64,000 bases of DNA from Squalus acanthias (Eukaryota), in NCBI GenBank assembly GCA_030390025.1, contig CM059432.1, positions 130,326,001-130,390,000 on the forward strand, read 5' to 3'. Below the pieces are notes generated by a model. That model searched no databases, had not been told where the DNA came from, and was given only the letters and a program-made list of their open reading frames with translations. The position numbers and the translations under genes are program-made. Position 1 is the first letter of the stretch; each line of letters starts with the position of its first letter. Of this stretch, positions 49,216 to 62,659 are shown one piece after another.

Positions 49216-51948
49216 ACTCTTAGGTCTCATCATATGCAACACTATGACCCTGCTGAGGACAGCATGCTCAGATTCGGCCAATGCTGAACTGTAATCAATG
49301 GCCAGTAGTCACATTACATCAAACCATGATGAGTTATCCTCCATGCACAATGGCCTCTGCTTGTAAGCCTTTTCATCCTCTCGCTGGGGAACATACCTTC
49401 TGCTTCCCAGAGGCAACCTCCAATGCGCTAAGGCCACCACAAACAATGTTCCTGGCAATCACGCACCAGGAGATGTAGAAGACCGACCTAACTGGAGCCT
49501 CACCATCCAATTATTCCGCCCTTCAGCAGCATGGTGGGGATAGAACACTGACAGTTTGTAAAATTAAATGATATGCATTGTCAGTCGTAATGTCTATATT
49601 TTGTAACCTGAAGAAAGCCTCACATTTCTGCTTAACTGTTTACTACAACAAAACTTCATTACAATATTATGCTCTGAAAAAAGGACTTATAAATGACCAG
49701 CTACTTGAAAAATAATTTTGCAGTTGACTATGAAAAGAGGAAAAGATTATTAAAAAATTATAGCTTAAATAAAACAAACCGTATAGGGGAAAAGTAGGGT
49801 GAACATTTGGAGAATAGCTGTTATTAAACAGGCATGGTTAGAAACTGAACTCAGTGCTCTCTTACTGTCACAGGGATAAGTTTAAATACGGGAATCTTTT
49901 ATTGGATGATGACACTAACAAGGTTTTATCAAAGACTTCTGAAAGGCCTTTACCGTTTTCTGATTTTTGTGTACCATTGGACAAAACAATAACTGTAAAT
50001 ATTAAACATTACTTACCCACACCAAACAGTATATTTATTTCGAGGAATATCCTCATTAATAACCATTCATACGTAAGGTACTAATTCAACTTCAATGATT
50101 TGTACTGGTTATCCTTCATCTACTTTATGTTGGGCAGCGACAATTCACTACATGTACAGTTGTTAAAGCATGGTGGAATTACAAAACATGGAAATGATTA
50201 CCTGCAGAGCAATCAAAATTGATATTAAATTATAAAACATTTCAGATAACTGAAATTGGTTAAGTGCCAGCTGATGATGACCCTTCAGGTTTTTGCTATA
50301 GTTCATTATTGTGTGTCGGGATTCCGATGATGCAGTAAAATCTTCTGCTATGGCTATTAAAATGAAAGATCAAGCCGCCTGCATTTTGTTTTGGAAGTTA
50401 AGGCGCAAAACAAAACACATTCAGGGTGTTGAGATGTAAACTTCTAGACTTGTACCTCAGAAATGTTATCATTTTGCGCGGCTTTAATACTGAAATATTT
50501 GATTTGAAGACGTTTCCGCATCAGACCTAGCTTTTTCTCTCGCTTTCAACTCTGCTCTTCGGCGTAAATAAAATCCAAAGCTTTGAAGCTTGGAATAAGG
50601 GATCAGCAAAGTCCTGGCCAAAAGATTCCAATATAGTGAACAGACAGACAGATTCCTTCCCCCCAACCCCTACCCCCTCCACCGCCACCCTGACAATCAC
50701 AGAGCATTTACTGTGTGAGGCTCGTTGCAGCACAGAAAATATAATTAAGCATCAGAGATCAGGTTCCACATCAGCAAATTGCGTTAGAGTGTGCGCTGTG
50801 GTTGATATGGGAAAACACAGCAAGTATGCTGTTATTTGGACCACCCACAGAGAAGACCCTGAAGTCTGTTCTGTAATGCAAAATGGAAGTGTTGTTTATG
50901 AAATCTATTTTGTAAGAAAAAGTTAAAGCATTAAACACTACCAGTTCTGAACAACTTTGCATTTAAAGGTGCGTGAAGCATGTCACAGACCAAAGCATAG
51001 TAAAAGTAATGAAGACAATCAATAAGCATAACATTTAGCTGAAGACTTCAATTCCTATGGAACATATACAGGCCTATCTTGCGCATAAAACTCACATATT
51101 CCAAAGAATGGAAAAACGAAGAAACGACGCATGAAGTAATCCTGTGCACCTTGAATTGCAGCCAAACTCCAGACCACCCAAAAGTGACAAACATGAACTA
51201 GACATGCTTACAGTGCAACGAGTTACTGTGAAATATAAAGAGGGCTATGTGCAGGCACTACTAGAAGCTGTGTGACTCAATGAGATGGCAGTAAAGTCAC
51301 ATTCAAATTTTATCGACCTGAGGTCAGAATAACCACTACCATGAAATCACAAAGAATTAGTTTCAGTCTGGAAGAATTTTTTTTTTTAAGCCCACAGTTT
51401 GTTTCCCCCTGCCTCCTCTTTCATGTGATCTAAATAAACCAGCTGTATGATATGATAGATATCTGCATTGTGACGCTGAACAAATAACTCATGAGTAAGG
51501 AAGTCATTAATGGGACATGATCCGTTGGATAAGTGGAGATATTTATCACATCTCTATTCAAGACAGAGTCCATTTATAGCCCTTGCAACAGATTTTCAAT
51601 GTGGAAAAGTATGAATTTAATTAAAATTCTTTCAGCTTTTGTAGCCCCAAGGAAAATCAGATCAAGCTGCCATCTGATAGGAACATAGGAGTGTACAGGA
51701 CTGGATGAGAGCATTACAGTCCACCCAACTAGTCAGAGAAATGAAATTATTTTTTGTTTCTATTTATGCACAAGGATTTTCAACCGGTTTATAAACTTGC
51801 ATTTATATAGCACCTTTAACATTGTAAAATGTCCTAAGGTGCTTCACAGGAGCTTTATCAAACTAAATTTGACACCGAGCCACAAAAGGGGATATTAGGA
51901 CAGGTGACCAAAAACTTGGTCAAAAAAATAGGTTTTAAGGAGCGTTTT

Positions 51949-53995
51949 CTTCTTCTTCTTCGGCAGTCCCTCGGAACCAAGGTTGACTTGCTTCCACATT
52001 AAAAATGAGTTCTCAGGTGACTGATGAGTCCAATGCGGGACGTACAGTCTCTGTCACAGGTGGGGCAGATGGTGGTTGAAGGGGCGGGTGGGTGGGGTGC
52101 TTGGGTTGACGTGCGCTCCTTGCGCTTGACTTCCGCTTGCTCCCGGCGAAGAGACTCGAGGTATTCGGCGCCTTCCCGGATGCTTCTCCTCCACTTTGTA
52201 CGGTCTTGGGCCAGGGATTCCCAGGTGTCGGTGGGGATGTTGCACTTTTTCCAAGGAGGCTTTGAGGGTGTCCTTGAAGCGTTTCCTCTGCCCACCTGGG
52301 GCTCTCTTGCCGTGTCGGAGCTCCGAGTAGAGCGCTTGTTTTGGGAGTCTTGTATCGGGCATGCAGACGATGTGGCCCGTCCATCGGAGCTGATCGAGCG
52401 TGGTCAAAGCTTCGATACTGGCCTGAGCGAGAACATGACGTTGGTGCGCCTATCCTGCCAATGGATTTGCAGGATCTTGCGGAGGCAGCGTTGGTGGTAC
52501 CTCTCCAGTGCTTTGAGGTGCCTGCTGTGCATGGTCCATGTCTCTGAGGCATACAGGAGGGCGGGTATTACTACTGCTCTGTAGACCATGAGCTTGGTGC
52601 CGGGTTTGAGGTCCTGGTCTTCAAACACTCTCTTCCTCAGGCGACCGAAGGCTGCACTGGCACACTGAAGGCGGTGTTGGACTTAGTCATCGACGTCTGC
52701 CTTTGTTGACAGTAGGCTCCTGAGGTATGGAAAGTGGTCCATGTTGTCCAACGCCTTGTCATGGATTTTGATAATCGGGGGGCAGTACTGTGTGGCGGGG
52801 GCAGGTTGGTAGAGGACCTTTGACATATGGATGTTTAGTGTAAGGCCCATGCTCTTGTACGCTTCAGTCAAGGTGTTAACGATGGTTTGGAGTTCGACCT
52901 CCGAGTGTGCGCAGATGCAAGCGTCGTCTGCATACTGTAATTCGACGACAGAGGAAGGGACGACCTTGGATCTGGACTGGAGGCGACGGAGGTTGAACAG
53001 TTTCCCGTTTGTTCTGTAAATTAGCTCCACTCCAGCGGGGAGCTTACTGAGGGCGAGATGGAGCATTGTCGCAAGGAAGATCGAGAAGAGCGTTGGTGCG
53101 ATGACACAGCCTTGCTTGACCCCGGTCCGTACATGAATTGGGTCTGTGGTGGAGCCGTTGGTCAGGATCACGGCTTGCATGTCGTCGTGAAGCAGGCGGA
53201 GGATGGTGACAAACTTTTGAGGGCAGCCAAATTTGAGGAGGACACTCCATAAACCCTCACGGTTGACAGTGTCAAAGGCCTTTGTGAGGTCAAAGAAGGC
53301 CATGTACAGCGGTTGGCGCTGTTCCCTGCATTCCTCTTGTAATTGGCGTGCGGTAAAGATCATGTCCATTGTGCCTCTTAGTGGGCGGAATCCGCACTGC
53401 GACTCTGGGAGGAGCTCTTCAGCCACTGGGAGAAGGCGATTGAGGAGGATTCTTGCGATGACTTTCCCTGTGGCAGACAGCAGGGAAACTCCTCTGTAAT
53501 GACCTTCAGTTGTCGGATGGCCTTTTCAACCTCATGCCGGGCTGGGGTTGTGCTGAGATGGTGGCGGGTAGTATGCTGCGGGATGGAGTTGAGGACACTC
53601 GCGTTGAAGACAGAGTCTCGGTTAAGGAGATCTTCGAAGTGCTCCTTCCAGCGGGCACTGACTGCCTCCCTGTCCTTGATGAGTACCTCTCCGTTCTTGG
53701 CCCGCAGTGGGATAGGACCTTGGGTGCTTGGGCCGTAGGCGGTCTTGACTGCGCTAAAGAATCCATGCACGTCGTGGTTGTCGGCTAGCTGCTGGATCTC
53801 CTGCGCTTTTTCCACCCACCACCTGTTCTTTAGGTCGCGAGTTTTTTGTTGGACCTCGGCCTTCAGGCGTCTGTGGAGCTTCTTTCTTGCTCTCGAGTTA
53901 TGTTGCTGTTTCTAGATCAGGAATGCCTTGCGCTTGTGGCTTATTAGCTCCTGGATCTCCTGGTCATTCTCGTCGAACCAGTCTTGGTGTTTCCT
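51949..53995 (-). mobile_element. RTE-clade LINE, 5'-truncated
   Basis: LPESQCGFRP, FFDLTKAFDTV, GVKQGCVIAPTLF, LQYADD and C-terminal CPTCDRDCTSRIGLISHLRTH. (GAA)n tail. 10-bp TSD GGAGCGTTTT (51939-51948, 53996-54005). Confidence 0.93.
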
Positions 53996-54005
53996 GGAGC
54001 GTTTT

Positions 54006-54475
54006 AAAGAAAGACTTGCATTTATCTAGCGCCTTTCACGACCACCAGACGTCTCAAAGCGCTTTACAGCCAATTAAGTACTTTTTGAAGTGTAGTCACT
54101 GTTGTAATGTGGGAAACACGGCAGTCAATTTGCACACAGCAAACTCCCACAAATAGCAATGTGATAATGACCAGATAATGTGTTTGTTTTTGTTATGTTG
54201 GTTGAGGGATAAAAATTGACCAGGACACCAGGGATAACTCCCCTGCTCCTCTTCGAAATAGTGCCACGGGATCTTTTACATCCACCTGAGTGAGCAGACG
54301 GGGCCTCGGTTCAACGTCTCATCTGAAAGACGGCACCTCCGACAGTGCAGCACTCCCTCAGCACTGCACTGGAGTGTCAGCCTAGCTTTATGTGCTGAAA
54401 TTTCTGGAGTGGGACTTGAACCCACAATCTTCTGACTCAGAGGCGAGTGTGCTACCAACTAAGCCACAGCTGACA
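54006..54475 (-). mobile_element. DeuSINE (SacSINE1-like) full-length copy
   Basis: Reverse-complement match to 21079-21545 over the full length. Confidence 0.88.
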
Positions 54476-55814
54476 AGGAGGAGAGAGGTAGCGAGGCGGA
54501 GAGGCTATGAGGGAATTCCAGAGCCTCAGACCCTATTTCTGAAGGCAGGGCCGCCAATGGTGGAGCAATTAAAATCGGGAATGCGCAATAGGCTAGAATT
54601 GGAGGAGCACAGAGATCTCGGAAGGCTGGAGGGGCAAGTCCATGGAGGGGTTTGAAAACAAGGAAGAGAATTATAAAATCGAGGCAGTGCCAGACCTGGA
54701 GCCAAGGTGAGTCAGCGAGCACAAAAGTGATGGGTGAACGGGACTTGGTGCAAGTTAGTATACAGGCAGCAGAGTTTTGGATGAGTTCAAGTTTACGGAG
54801 AGTGAAAGATGGGAGGCCGGCCAGGAAAACATTGGAATAGTCAAATCTAGAGGTAACAAAGGTACGGATGAGGGTTTCCGCAGCAGATGAGCTGAGGCAG
54901 GGGCAGAGACTATGTTACAGAGGTGGAAGTAAGCGGTCTTCAGTTTTTGGATGATGTGGTCAGAGGCTCATCTCCAGGTCAAATAGGACGCCAAGGTTGC
55001 GAACAGTCTGGTTCAGCCTCAGAGAGTGACCAGGGAGAAGGATGGAGTCAGTGGCGAGGGAACAGAGTTCAGGTGAGGACTGAAGACAATGGCTTCGGCC
55101 TTCCCAATATTTAGTTGGAGGAAATTTCTGCTCATCCAGGACTAGATGTCGGACAAGCAGCGTGTCAAATCAGAGACAGTGGAGGGGTCGAGAGAGGTGG
55201 TGTTGAGGTAGAGCTGGGTGTCGTCAACGTACATGTAGAACCTGGCATTGTGTTTAGGGATGATGTCGCCGAGGGGCAGCATGTAGATGAGAAATAGGAA
55301 GGGGCCAAGAATAGATCCTTGGGGGACTCCAAAGGCAACAGTGCAGGAGCGGGAAGAGAAGCCATTGCAGATGATTCTCTGGCTACGACTGGACAGCTAG
55401 AAATGGAACCAGGCAAATGCAGTCCCACCCAGCTGGACGATGGAGGAGAGTCGTTTGAGGAGGATGGTGTGGTCAACTGTGATAAAGACTGCAAACCGGT
55501 CGAGAAGGATGAGGAGGGATAGTTTACCATAGTCACAGTCGCATAGGATGTCACTTGTGACTTGGATGAGGGCCGTTTCAGTGCTGTGGCAGGGGCGGAA
55601 ACCTGGTTGGAGGGATTCAAACATGGGGTTGCGGGAAAGATTGGCATGGATTTGGAAGACGACAACACGTTCAAGGACTTTGGAAAGGAAAGGGAGATTG
55701 GAGAAGCGGTGGTAGTTTGCAAGGACAGAGGGATCAAACCATATGCGTAGTCAATAATGCCACATGATAGTTATCTCACATTAGAGAATATGGAAATATA
55801 TCCCATGTACCTGG

Positions 55815-56350
55815 TGTTAGCCAGTGGCTCAGTTGGTAGTACCCTCGCCTCTGAGTCAGAAGGTTGTGGGTTCAAGTCCCACTCCAGGGACTTGAGCACA
55901 TAAATCTAGGCTGACACTCCAGTGCAGTGCTGAGGGAATGCTGCACTGTTGGAGGTGCCGTCTTTCAGATGAGACGTTAAACCGAGGCCCTGTCTGTTCT
56001 CTTCCTTCTTTTCAAATCCCTCCATGGACTCACCCCTCCAGCCTTCCGAGATCTCTGCGCTCCTCCAATTCCAGGTGGACATAAAAGATCCCATGGCACT
56101 ATTCCGAAGAAGAGCAGGGGAGTTATCCCCGGTGTCCTGGCCAATATTTATCCCTCAATCAACATCACTAAAACAGATTATCTGGTCATTATCACATTGC
56201 TGTTTGTGGGAGCTTGCTGTGAGCAAATTGGCTGCCGCATTTCCCACATTATAACAGTGACTACACTCCAAAAGTACTTCATTGGCTGTAAAGCGCTTTG
56301 AGACGTCCAGTGGTCGTGAAAGGTGCTATAAAAATGCAAGTCTTTCTTTT
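55815..56350 (+). mobile_element. DeuSINE with a ~70-bp L2-derived patch (56002-56071)
   Basis: Colinear with 21079-21545 except for an insert between GTCTGTTCTC and CAGGTGGAC. Confidence 0.88.
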
Positions 56351-57073
56351 TATAACAACCTGACAGAAATTACTTTCCCACAACAAGCCACTGGTAGCTG
56401 AAAAACTTATTAAAGCGGCTGTGGACGAGCAGTAGTAAGGCCTGGCTATAACTGTAGCAACTGGCATTTCTGATCTCAGTTGGCTAAGGCTGATGCTTCT
56501 CTCCTGCCCTATTTCACATTCTACACACGGGATACAGAAATTTGTATTTTGCTGCCTTGAAAAGAAAATCTTCTCTCAGAAGTCTTCGCACCACCTACCC
56601 TATAAAAAATAACTCTTCCCGTCCACTGATAATGATACCAAGCTGAGGAATGGCTCTACAAGTGATCCAAACCCAGACAGTGAGTGTCAGTAGGCTATTA
56701 ATCAGGGGGGAATCACAGGTGAACTCCAACCTTGTACTCATCTGGCACTCATACATATTCACTTCCAGCAGGGGACGATCTGGAGCAGGAACCCTTGATG
56801 ATATTCCCTTTCCATTTCCTGCAATGCTGAAGCCAACAGTAGGGACCCACTGATGTCCCAGGCAACATCAGTGCTGCTATGTATGGCTCAGTAGCACACA
56901 GAAAATAATTAAAACACATTTCCTCCATGCTTTCAAATGATTTAAAAAAATAAGAATCTAACAGTTAGTTTTGGCACCATTCGCAAAAAAGGCCAATCCT
57001 AAAGCTAGTGCTGTTGTCTATTCAAAGACTGATACAACACTATCGCTGAACAGCAACTTTTGCGGAACATATT

Positions 57074-57813
57074 GGCCCGTATTTTCCGATCACAGGCCTC
57101 CTGCGGGCGGAGGCCTGCGATCTGGAAAAATCTACGCCCTTACCTGAGGGATCCCGGGACGCACACGCTTCTGCTCCTGGGCCTCTCCAAACTCCAAATG
57201 CGCAGGGCCTACGTATCCCAGAGGCGCATGTAGTTTGCAGCGTCCCTGGGATCACGTGGGCCATGGGGAGCCAATCAAAGAAGGGAAGACCTGTCAAATA
57301 TATGAATGGAGATCATCCCAAAAACATAGTAAAACTTTAAATACATTTTTTTTTTAAATCACATTTTTAAAATGACTTGAAATTACAATAAATTAAGTAT
57401 TTTTTGAAAAAAATAATTTTTTGAAAAAAATTATTAAAGATTTTTACAGGGCTAAAAATAAACTTACCTTTTTTTTTTAAACAAGTATTTTTAAAAGATA
57501 AATCAGTGAAAAATGTTTTTTTTAAACTTTTTTTCAACTCTCATCCTGGTAAAAGCAGGCCTTACGCCTGCTTTTACCAGGTGTAAGAATTGTAAGGGTT
57601 TTCTGCGGGCAGAGGGTCTCCAAAAAGCGGAACTATCCGCCCGCAGAGGCCCTTCTCCAGGGCAGCCGGAGGATCTGTGAAGACCATTCTTGACAGATCG
57701 GAAATGCCGGTTTTCAGTGCATACGCTGTGCATGCCTGAAACCGGCATTTCCGATTTCCCTATGGGTGGGTACACGGCGCGTGCCCACCCGTAGGGATCG
57801 GAATATCTGGGCC
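57074..57813. mobile_element. MITE / non-autonomous DNA transposon (Harbinger-like)
   Basis: Imperfect TIR GGCCCGTATTTTCCGATC / GATCGGAATATCTGGGCC. Flanks ATT/AAT. Internal hairpins CCTGGTAAAAGCAGGC..GCCTGCTTTTACCAGG and AAATGCCGGTTT..AAACCGGCATTT. Confidence 0.75.
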
Positions 57814-58796
57814 AATACTTCCTTCTTGCCAATAAAATACACTATCAGGAACTATTTATCAGAATATACAAGGTTATGGCTTTGAACTCTTCAGTGCCAG
57901 TGTTTTAAATTTACAACCTCCAAGTTAAAAAGAAGTTCAATTACTTAAGTTCTCTGCAGTTTAATAAATTAGCTTGGCAAAAGTTATTAATGGAGATAAA
58001 CAAATGTGAATGCTGGTAATCTGAGCCAAGAACAGAAAGAACTCAGCTGTTTGGTCAGTATCCGAAGCAGAAAGGTTAACCTTTCAAATGGGACTCTGAA
58101 TCAGAACTGTGCATCTTTCTCTTTCTGACGCCGACTGACCTGCTCTACTTTTTCAGCACTATGTTTTTACTCAAATTAACACGGTTAGGACTTGAGAGAC
58201 TATAAATTCATCCTCAGAACGAAACTGCAGAATTTGCTCATATCCTAATATCCATTGCATTTTTTATCAATAGTTTGAATGATCTGACAAACAATTGAGA
58301 GTTGTTTTGTTTTCAAAGTCCATGGTAACAGGGTACAGTACTGTATAATGAACAACCGTGTAATCTAGTGCCAAAACATCCCCTAATGTCAATATCGTTA
58401 GTCATCCAATAGTGTAATCCTTCAATAATTGCAGCACAGATGATTGTAATATGGTGCACGGAGTTATCTGATCCTACTCAAGCTTGTGTACTATGGAGCA
58501 CCGTCAGCCTGCAGTACAGATAATAGCCCTTTTTTTAATTCAACAAAAATAGCAGATACCCAAGAGACAGCTGAAATGATGTAAGCCAATATTGGGCTCC
58601 AGTTTTTATTAATGACATTATCCATAGTTCCTAACTAGACTATAGCCTTTTATACCACAAGCAATGACATCATCTTTATAAAATCTATGTTGTGGAGATA
58701 ACATTACAACCGAGAATAGATGGCACCAGAACCATTATAAAAATTTGTGCATCAACTTAGTTTCCATTCAAAAGTAAAATTTACACCTAACTTAAC

Positions 58797-59872
58797 CTGG
58801 CTTAAGGACAGAAAACAGCGAGTTGTGGTAAATGGCTGTTTTTCAGGCTGGAGGATGGTAGACAGTGGTGTTCCCCAAGGGTCAGTGCTGGGGCCACTGC
58901 TTTTATTGATATATAAATGACCTGGATATTGGAATACAGAATAGAATTTCTAAATTTGCCGATGACACCAAACTTGGGGGTGTGGCAAACAGTGAGGATG
59001 ATACCAATCTACTGCAACGGGACATAGAAAGACTCGCAGAATGGGCAAACAAGTGGCAGATGGAATTTAATACAGAGAAGTGTGAGGTGATGCATTTTGG
59101 CAGAAGGAACAGGGAGAGGCAATATACACTTAATGGCACAGTTTTAAAGAGTGTGCAGGGACAGAGGGACCTGGGAGTTAATGTGCATAGGTCCCTGAAG
59201 GTGGCAGGACATATTGAGAGAGTGGCTAGCAAAGCATATGGGATCTTGGGCTTCATAAATAGAGGTATTGAGTACAAAAGTAGAGAAGTTATGCTGAACC
59301 TTTATAAAGCGCTGGTTAGGCCACAACTGGAGTATTGCGTCCAGTTCTGGTCACCACACTTTAGGGAGGATGTGAAGGCCCTTGAGAGGGTGCAAAGGAG
59401 ATTTACCAGAATGGTTCCGGGGATGGGGGATCTTAGCTGCAAGGACAGGTTGGAGAAGCTGGGTTGGTTTTCATTAGAGCAAAGGAGGTTGAGGAGTGAT
59501 TTGATAGAGGTGTACAAGATTATGACGGGTTTGGATAGGCTGGACGGGGAAAGGCTGTTCCCACTAGCATTGATGGTACAAGGACGAGGGGACACAGATT
59601 TAGTGCTTTGGGCAAGAGATACAGGGGGGGATGTGAGGAAAAACTTTTTTACGCAGCGAGTGGTGAGGACCTGGAATTCTCTGCCAACAGAAGTGGTAGA
59701 AGCGGAGACACTCAATGTTTTCAAGGGGAGACTGGATAGGCACTTGAGGGAAATAAACTCGCAGGGCTACGGGGATAGAGCGGGGGAATGGGACTGACTG
59801 GATTGCTCTACAGAGAGCCGGCACGAACTCGATGGGCCGAATGGCCTACTTATGTGCCGTTATGACTGTGAC
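58797..59872 (+). mobile_element. CR1 3' fragment (subfamily C)
   Basis: [19 protein letters not shown] 58982-59797, then CR1 3' UTR. Confidence 0.93.
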
Positions 59873-60457
59873 TTTCATCCTTTCCTCGTCCCCTGAGGAC
59901 ACCACTACCTCACCCAAGTTGACATTTTTCATGTGTCAGCTTGCAAGTTATTCAACCATAGGCTAACACTCCCAAGCCCTTTTAACATTTACTCGTACAT
60001 TCTGCAGTAAGTACTACTGGATAGTGATTAAAAATTCCAGCTGATATACCAGTAGGCCACTGAGAAAGTGACTTATACAACATGATAGAAACAAAGCACA
60101 TAATGAGGGGTCATGGGATTTGATCATGCTACTTGATCATAACCATCTTGTGATTTTGCCATTGCCAATTTTCAACTCAACTCACTGGGGGTAGGGGGTT
60201 AAATAACATCATACAACTTACACCCCTTTATCTGTTTGGCTATACCTATAGTGGAGCCAATATAAAAACTGTTCAATCGCACTCTGAGTCCTATATCCAT
60301 TTGCTCCTACCTGTTAATGGCAGATATTTTTTCCAATATTAGTTAAAAAAAAAGGTATATACAAAAAAGGTAAAATGAAAGAAAGAGATGAAAATAACCA
60401 ACATATTGTTGAGAAATTAAGACGACTAGGAGTATATTGGTTTAGAAAGAAATTTAA

Positions 60458-60913
60458 AAAGAACTTGCATTTATATAGCGCCTTTCACAACCTCAGGACA
60501 TCCCAAAGTGCTTTACAGCCAATGAAGCATTTACAATTTTTTTAAGTGTAATCACTGTTATAGTAGGAAACGCAGCACCTAATCTGTACTCCCACAAACA
60601 GCAATGAGATAATGACCAGATAATCTGGGTTTTTTTTTTAATTGATTTTGGTTGAGGGATAAATATTGGCCAGAACATCGGGGAGAACTCCCCTACTCTT
60701 CTTCGAATAGTGCCATGAGATCTTTTACATCCACCCAAGAGGGCAGATGGGGCCTTGGTTTCATGTCTCATTCAAAAGACGGCACCTCTGACAGCACTTC
60801 CTCAGCACTGCACTGGAGTGTCAGCCTTGATTATGTGCTCATGTCTCTGGGGTGGGACTTGAACCAACAACCTTCTGACTCAGAGAGTGCTGCCACTGAG
60901 CCAAGGCTGACAC
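60458..60913 (-). mobile_element. DeuSINE copy
   Basis: Reverse-complement match to 21079-21545 including tRNA head and tail. Confidence 0.82.
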
Positions 60914-61259
60914 CTTGTGTAATCAAAATCAGGTTAGCTGTGGCTACCAAAGGTGACAAACTTATAAAACTAAACAAGGTGCATGAGGCCACATATGTGG
61001 CTTCATGCTTGATAGGACATTTTTACATTATTTTATTAAACAACCTTTTGTCAGTTAGGTCACAAACTAGAACTCATTAGTGTCACTATTATTCATTGAT
61101 TTAAGTGTTGTTTTGTGGGCCTCCACGCTACATTAATATCTTGTATAAACACTGCACATACCTTTGTCAGAAGCCAAGACACAGAAATAATCCAGCTCAT
61201 TATCTTGTGGGTTGTGTGTTTCTCAATTTGGCATTTGGTAGACTTTCTTTGCAAGGCTC

Positions 61260-61563
61260 ACTATTCTACACATAAGACATTAAATGATGTATAGAAGAAT
61301 GGTTGGAAGTGGATTATTACAGCTAGGCCCAATCCTGTTCTCGCCTCAGTAAACATTTTATAGCAAGGTCACTGGATAGCAATCAGGAGTATGAGCCTTT
61401 TCTTCTCAATAGTTAAAGAGAGCTAGGCCAATTGTAGTACTTCAAATGAGATCAGCAAACTCAGAACGCACCAGAAATTGATCCTGGGATCTTCTGGTCT
61501 GTATGGCTAAGTAGCAACTACACCACATGTTCCATTTACTCACTAAGCCACTGGAGGAGTTAA
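61260..61563 (-). mobile_element. Old tRNA-headed SINE (same family as 10838-11255)
   Basis: Minus strand TGGCTTAGTGAG..AGCCATACAGACCAGAAG..CTGAGTTTGCTGATCTC..CTCCTGATTGCTATCC. Confidence 0.5.
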
Positions 61564-61859
61564 CTGGAGTAACCTCAATAGGAAGCAAGACTAAAGTAAA
61601 GACTTTCTCCTGGAAGCAAATCAAAAATCGAAAGGGTTAACCAACTTATGTTGTTCACATGCCACCCTCTACAAGGCGGTCGTAGAATATCATTTGCTGC
61701 AAGGTAGGAGCAGGTCGCTCCCTCGTTTACAGGTGGTGTATGGAGAGGGGCTTTTACATGGATAAGTAAATATTTGAAAACAAAGGCAAACTATGTTTTT
61801 TTTTTAAAAAGAATAATTGTACAATTACACCTGTTTTTGGTATTAACATCCAATACCAC

Positions 61860-62286
61860 GTCCTTGGAGCAGAGAAGGCTAAGAGGAGATTTGATAGAAG
61901 TGTTTAAAATTATGAAGGGCTTAGATAGAATAAATAAAGAGAAATTGTTTCCAATGGTTGAAGGGTCGATAACCAGGAGACAGATTTAAGGTGATTGGCA
62001 AAAGAACCAGAGGCGACATGAGGAAAACCTTTTTTTACGCAATGAGTGGTTAGGATTTGGAATACACTGCCTGATAGGGTGGTGGATACAGATTCAATAG
62101 CAGCCTTCAAAAGTGAATTGGATAAGTACTTGAAGGAGATAAAATTGCATGGATATGGGGAAAGAGTGCGGTGGGGGGGGCAGGGGAAGAGTGGAATTAA
62201 CTGGATTGCTCTTTGAAAGAGCCGGCGTAGACTGGATGGGCCGAATGGCCTCCTTCTGTGCTGTACTATTCTATGATTCTATTCTA
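61860..62286 (+). mobile_element. CR1 3' end
   Basis: SLEQRRLRGDLIEVFKIMKG and an (ATTCTATG)n tail. Confidence 0.88.
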
Positions 62287-62659
62287 TTAAAGCAATAAGC
62301 AAACTGTTTTCTCATGGATTACATCTGGTCAATAGTCACACTTCACGTTTTGGTCCAAAGGTTTAATTATAAGCAGGGTCAGTATCACATTTGTTTTAAA
62401 TGAAACTGCCATAATAAAATTTGAACATCAAGGTCCACGAAGCCAAATTAATCTTGTGCTAAAAGATGTGCAATTAGTTTACCTTTTCATGGAAACTCTG
62501 ATAACATAAGCAAATATTGCAGGGTGCACTGTGCTAAGCACAGAATGTATACGCAAGAGTGTCAGTGTTGCAAAACTCTCAGTTTATCAACAGTTACAAC
62601 GGTTATTGGAAATGGAAACATGCCATTTTACAGGGACACACAGATAGTTATGTGACGCA

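Larger units (their letters stand above)
51793..55735 (-). mobile_element. L2 LINE hosting an RTE and a DeuSINE
   Basis: L2 3' end at 51793-51948. Body at 54476-55735 with QPGFRPCHSTETALIQVTSDILCDCD. L2 sequence is continuous across the two inserts. Confidence 0.88.

Noticed and set aside
50450..50666. Possible extra exon in the NSMCE2 intron
   Set aside because: The frames examined from the nearest acceptor hit stops and show no NSE2-like sequence.
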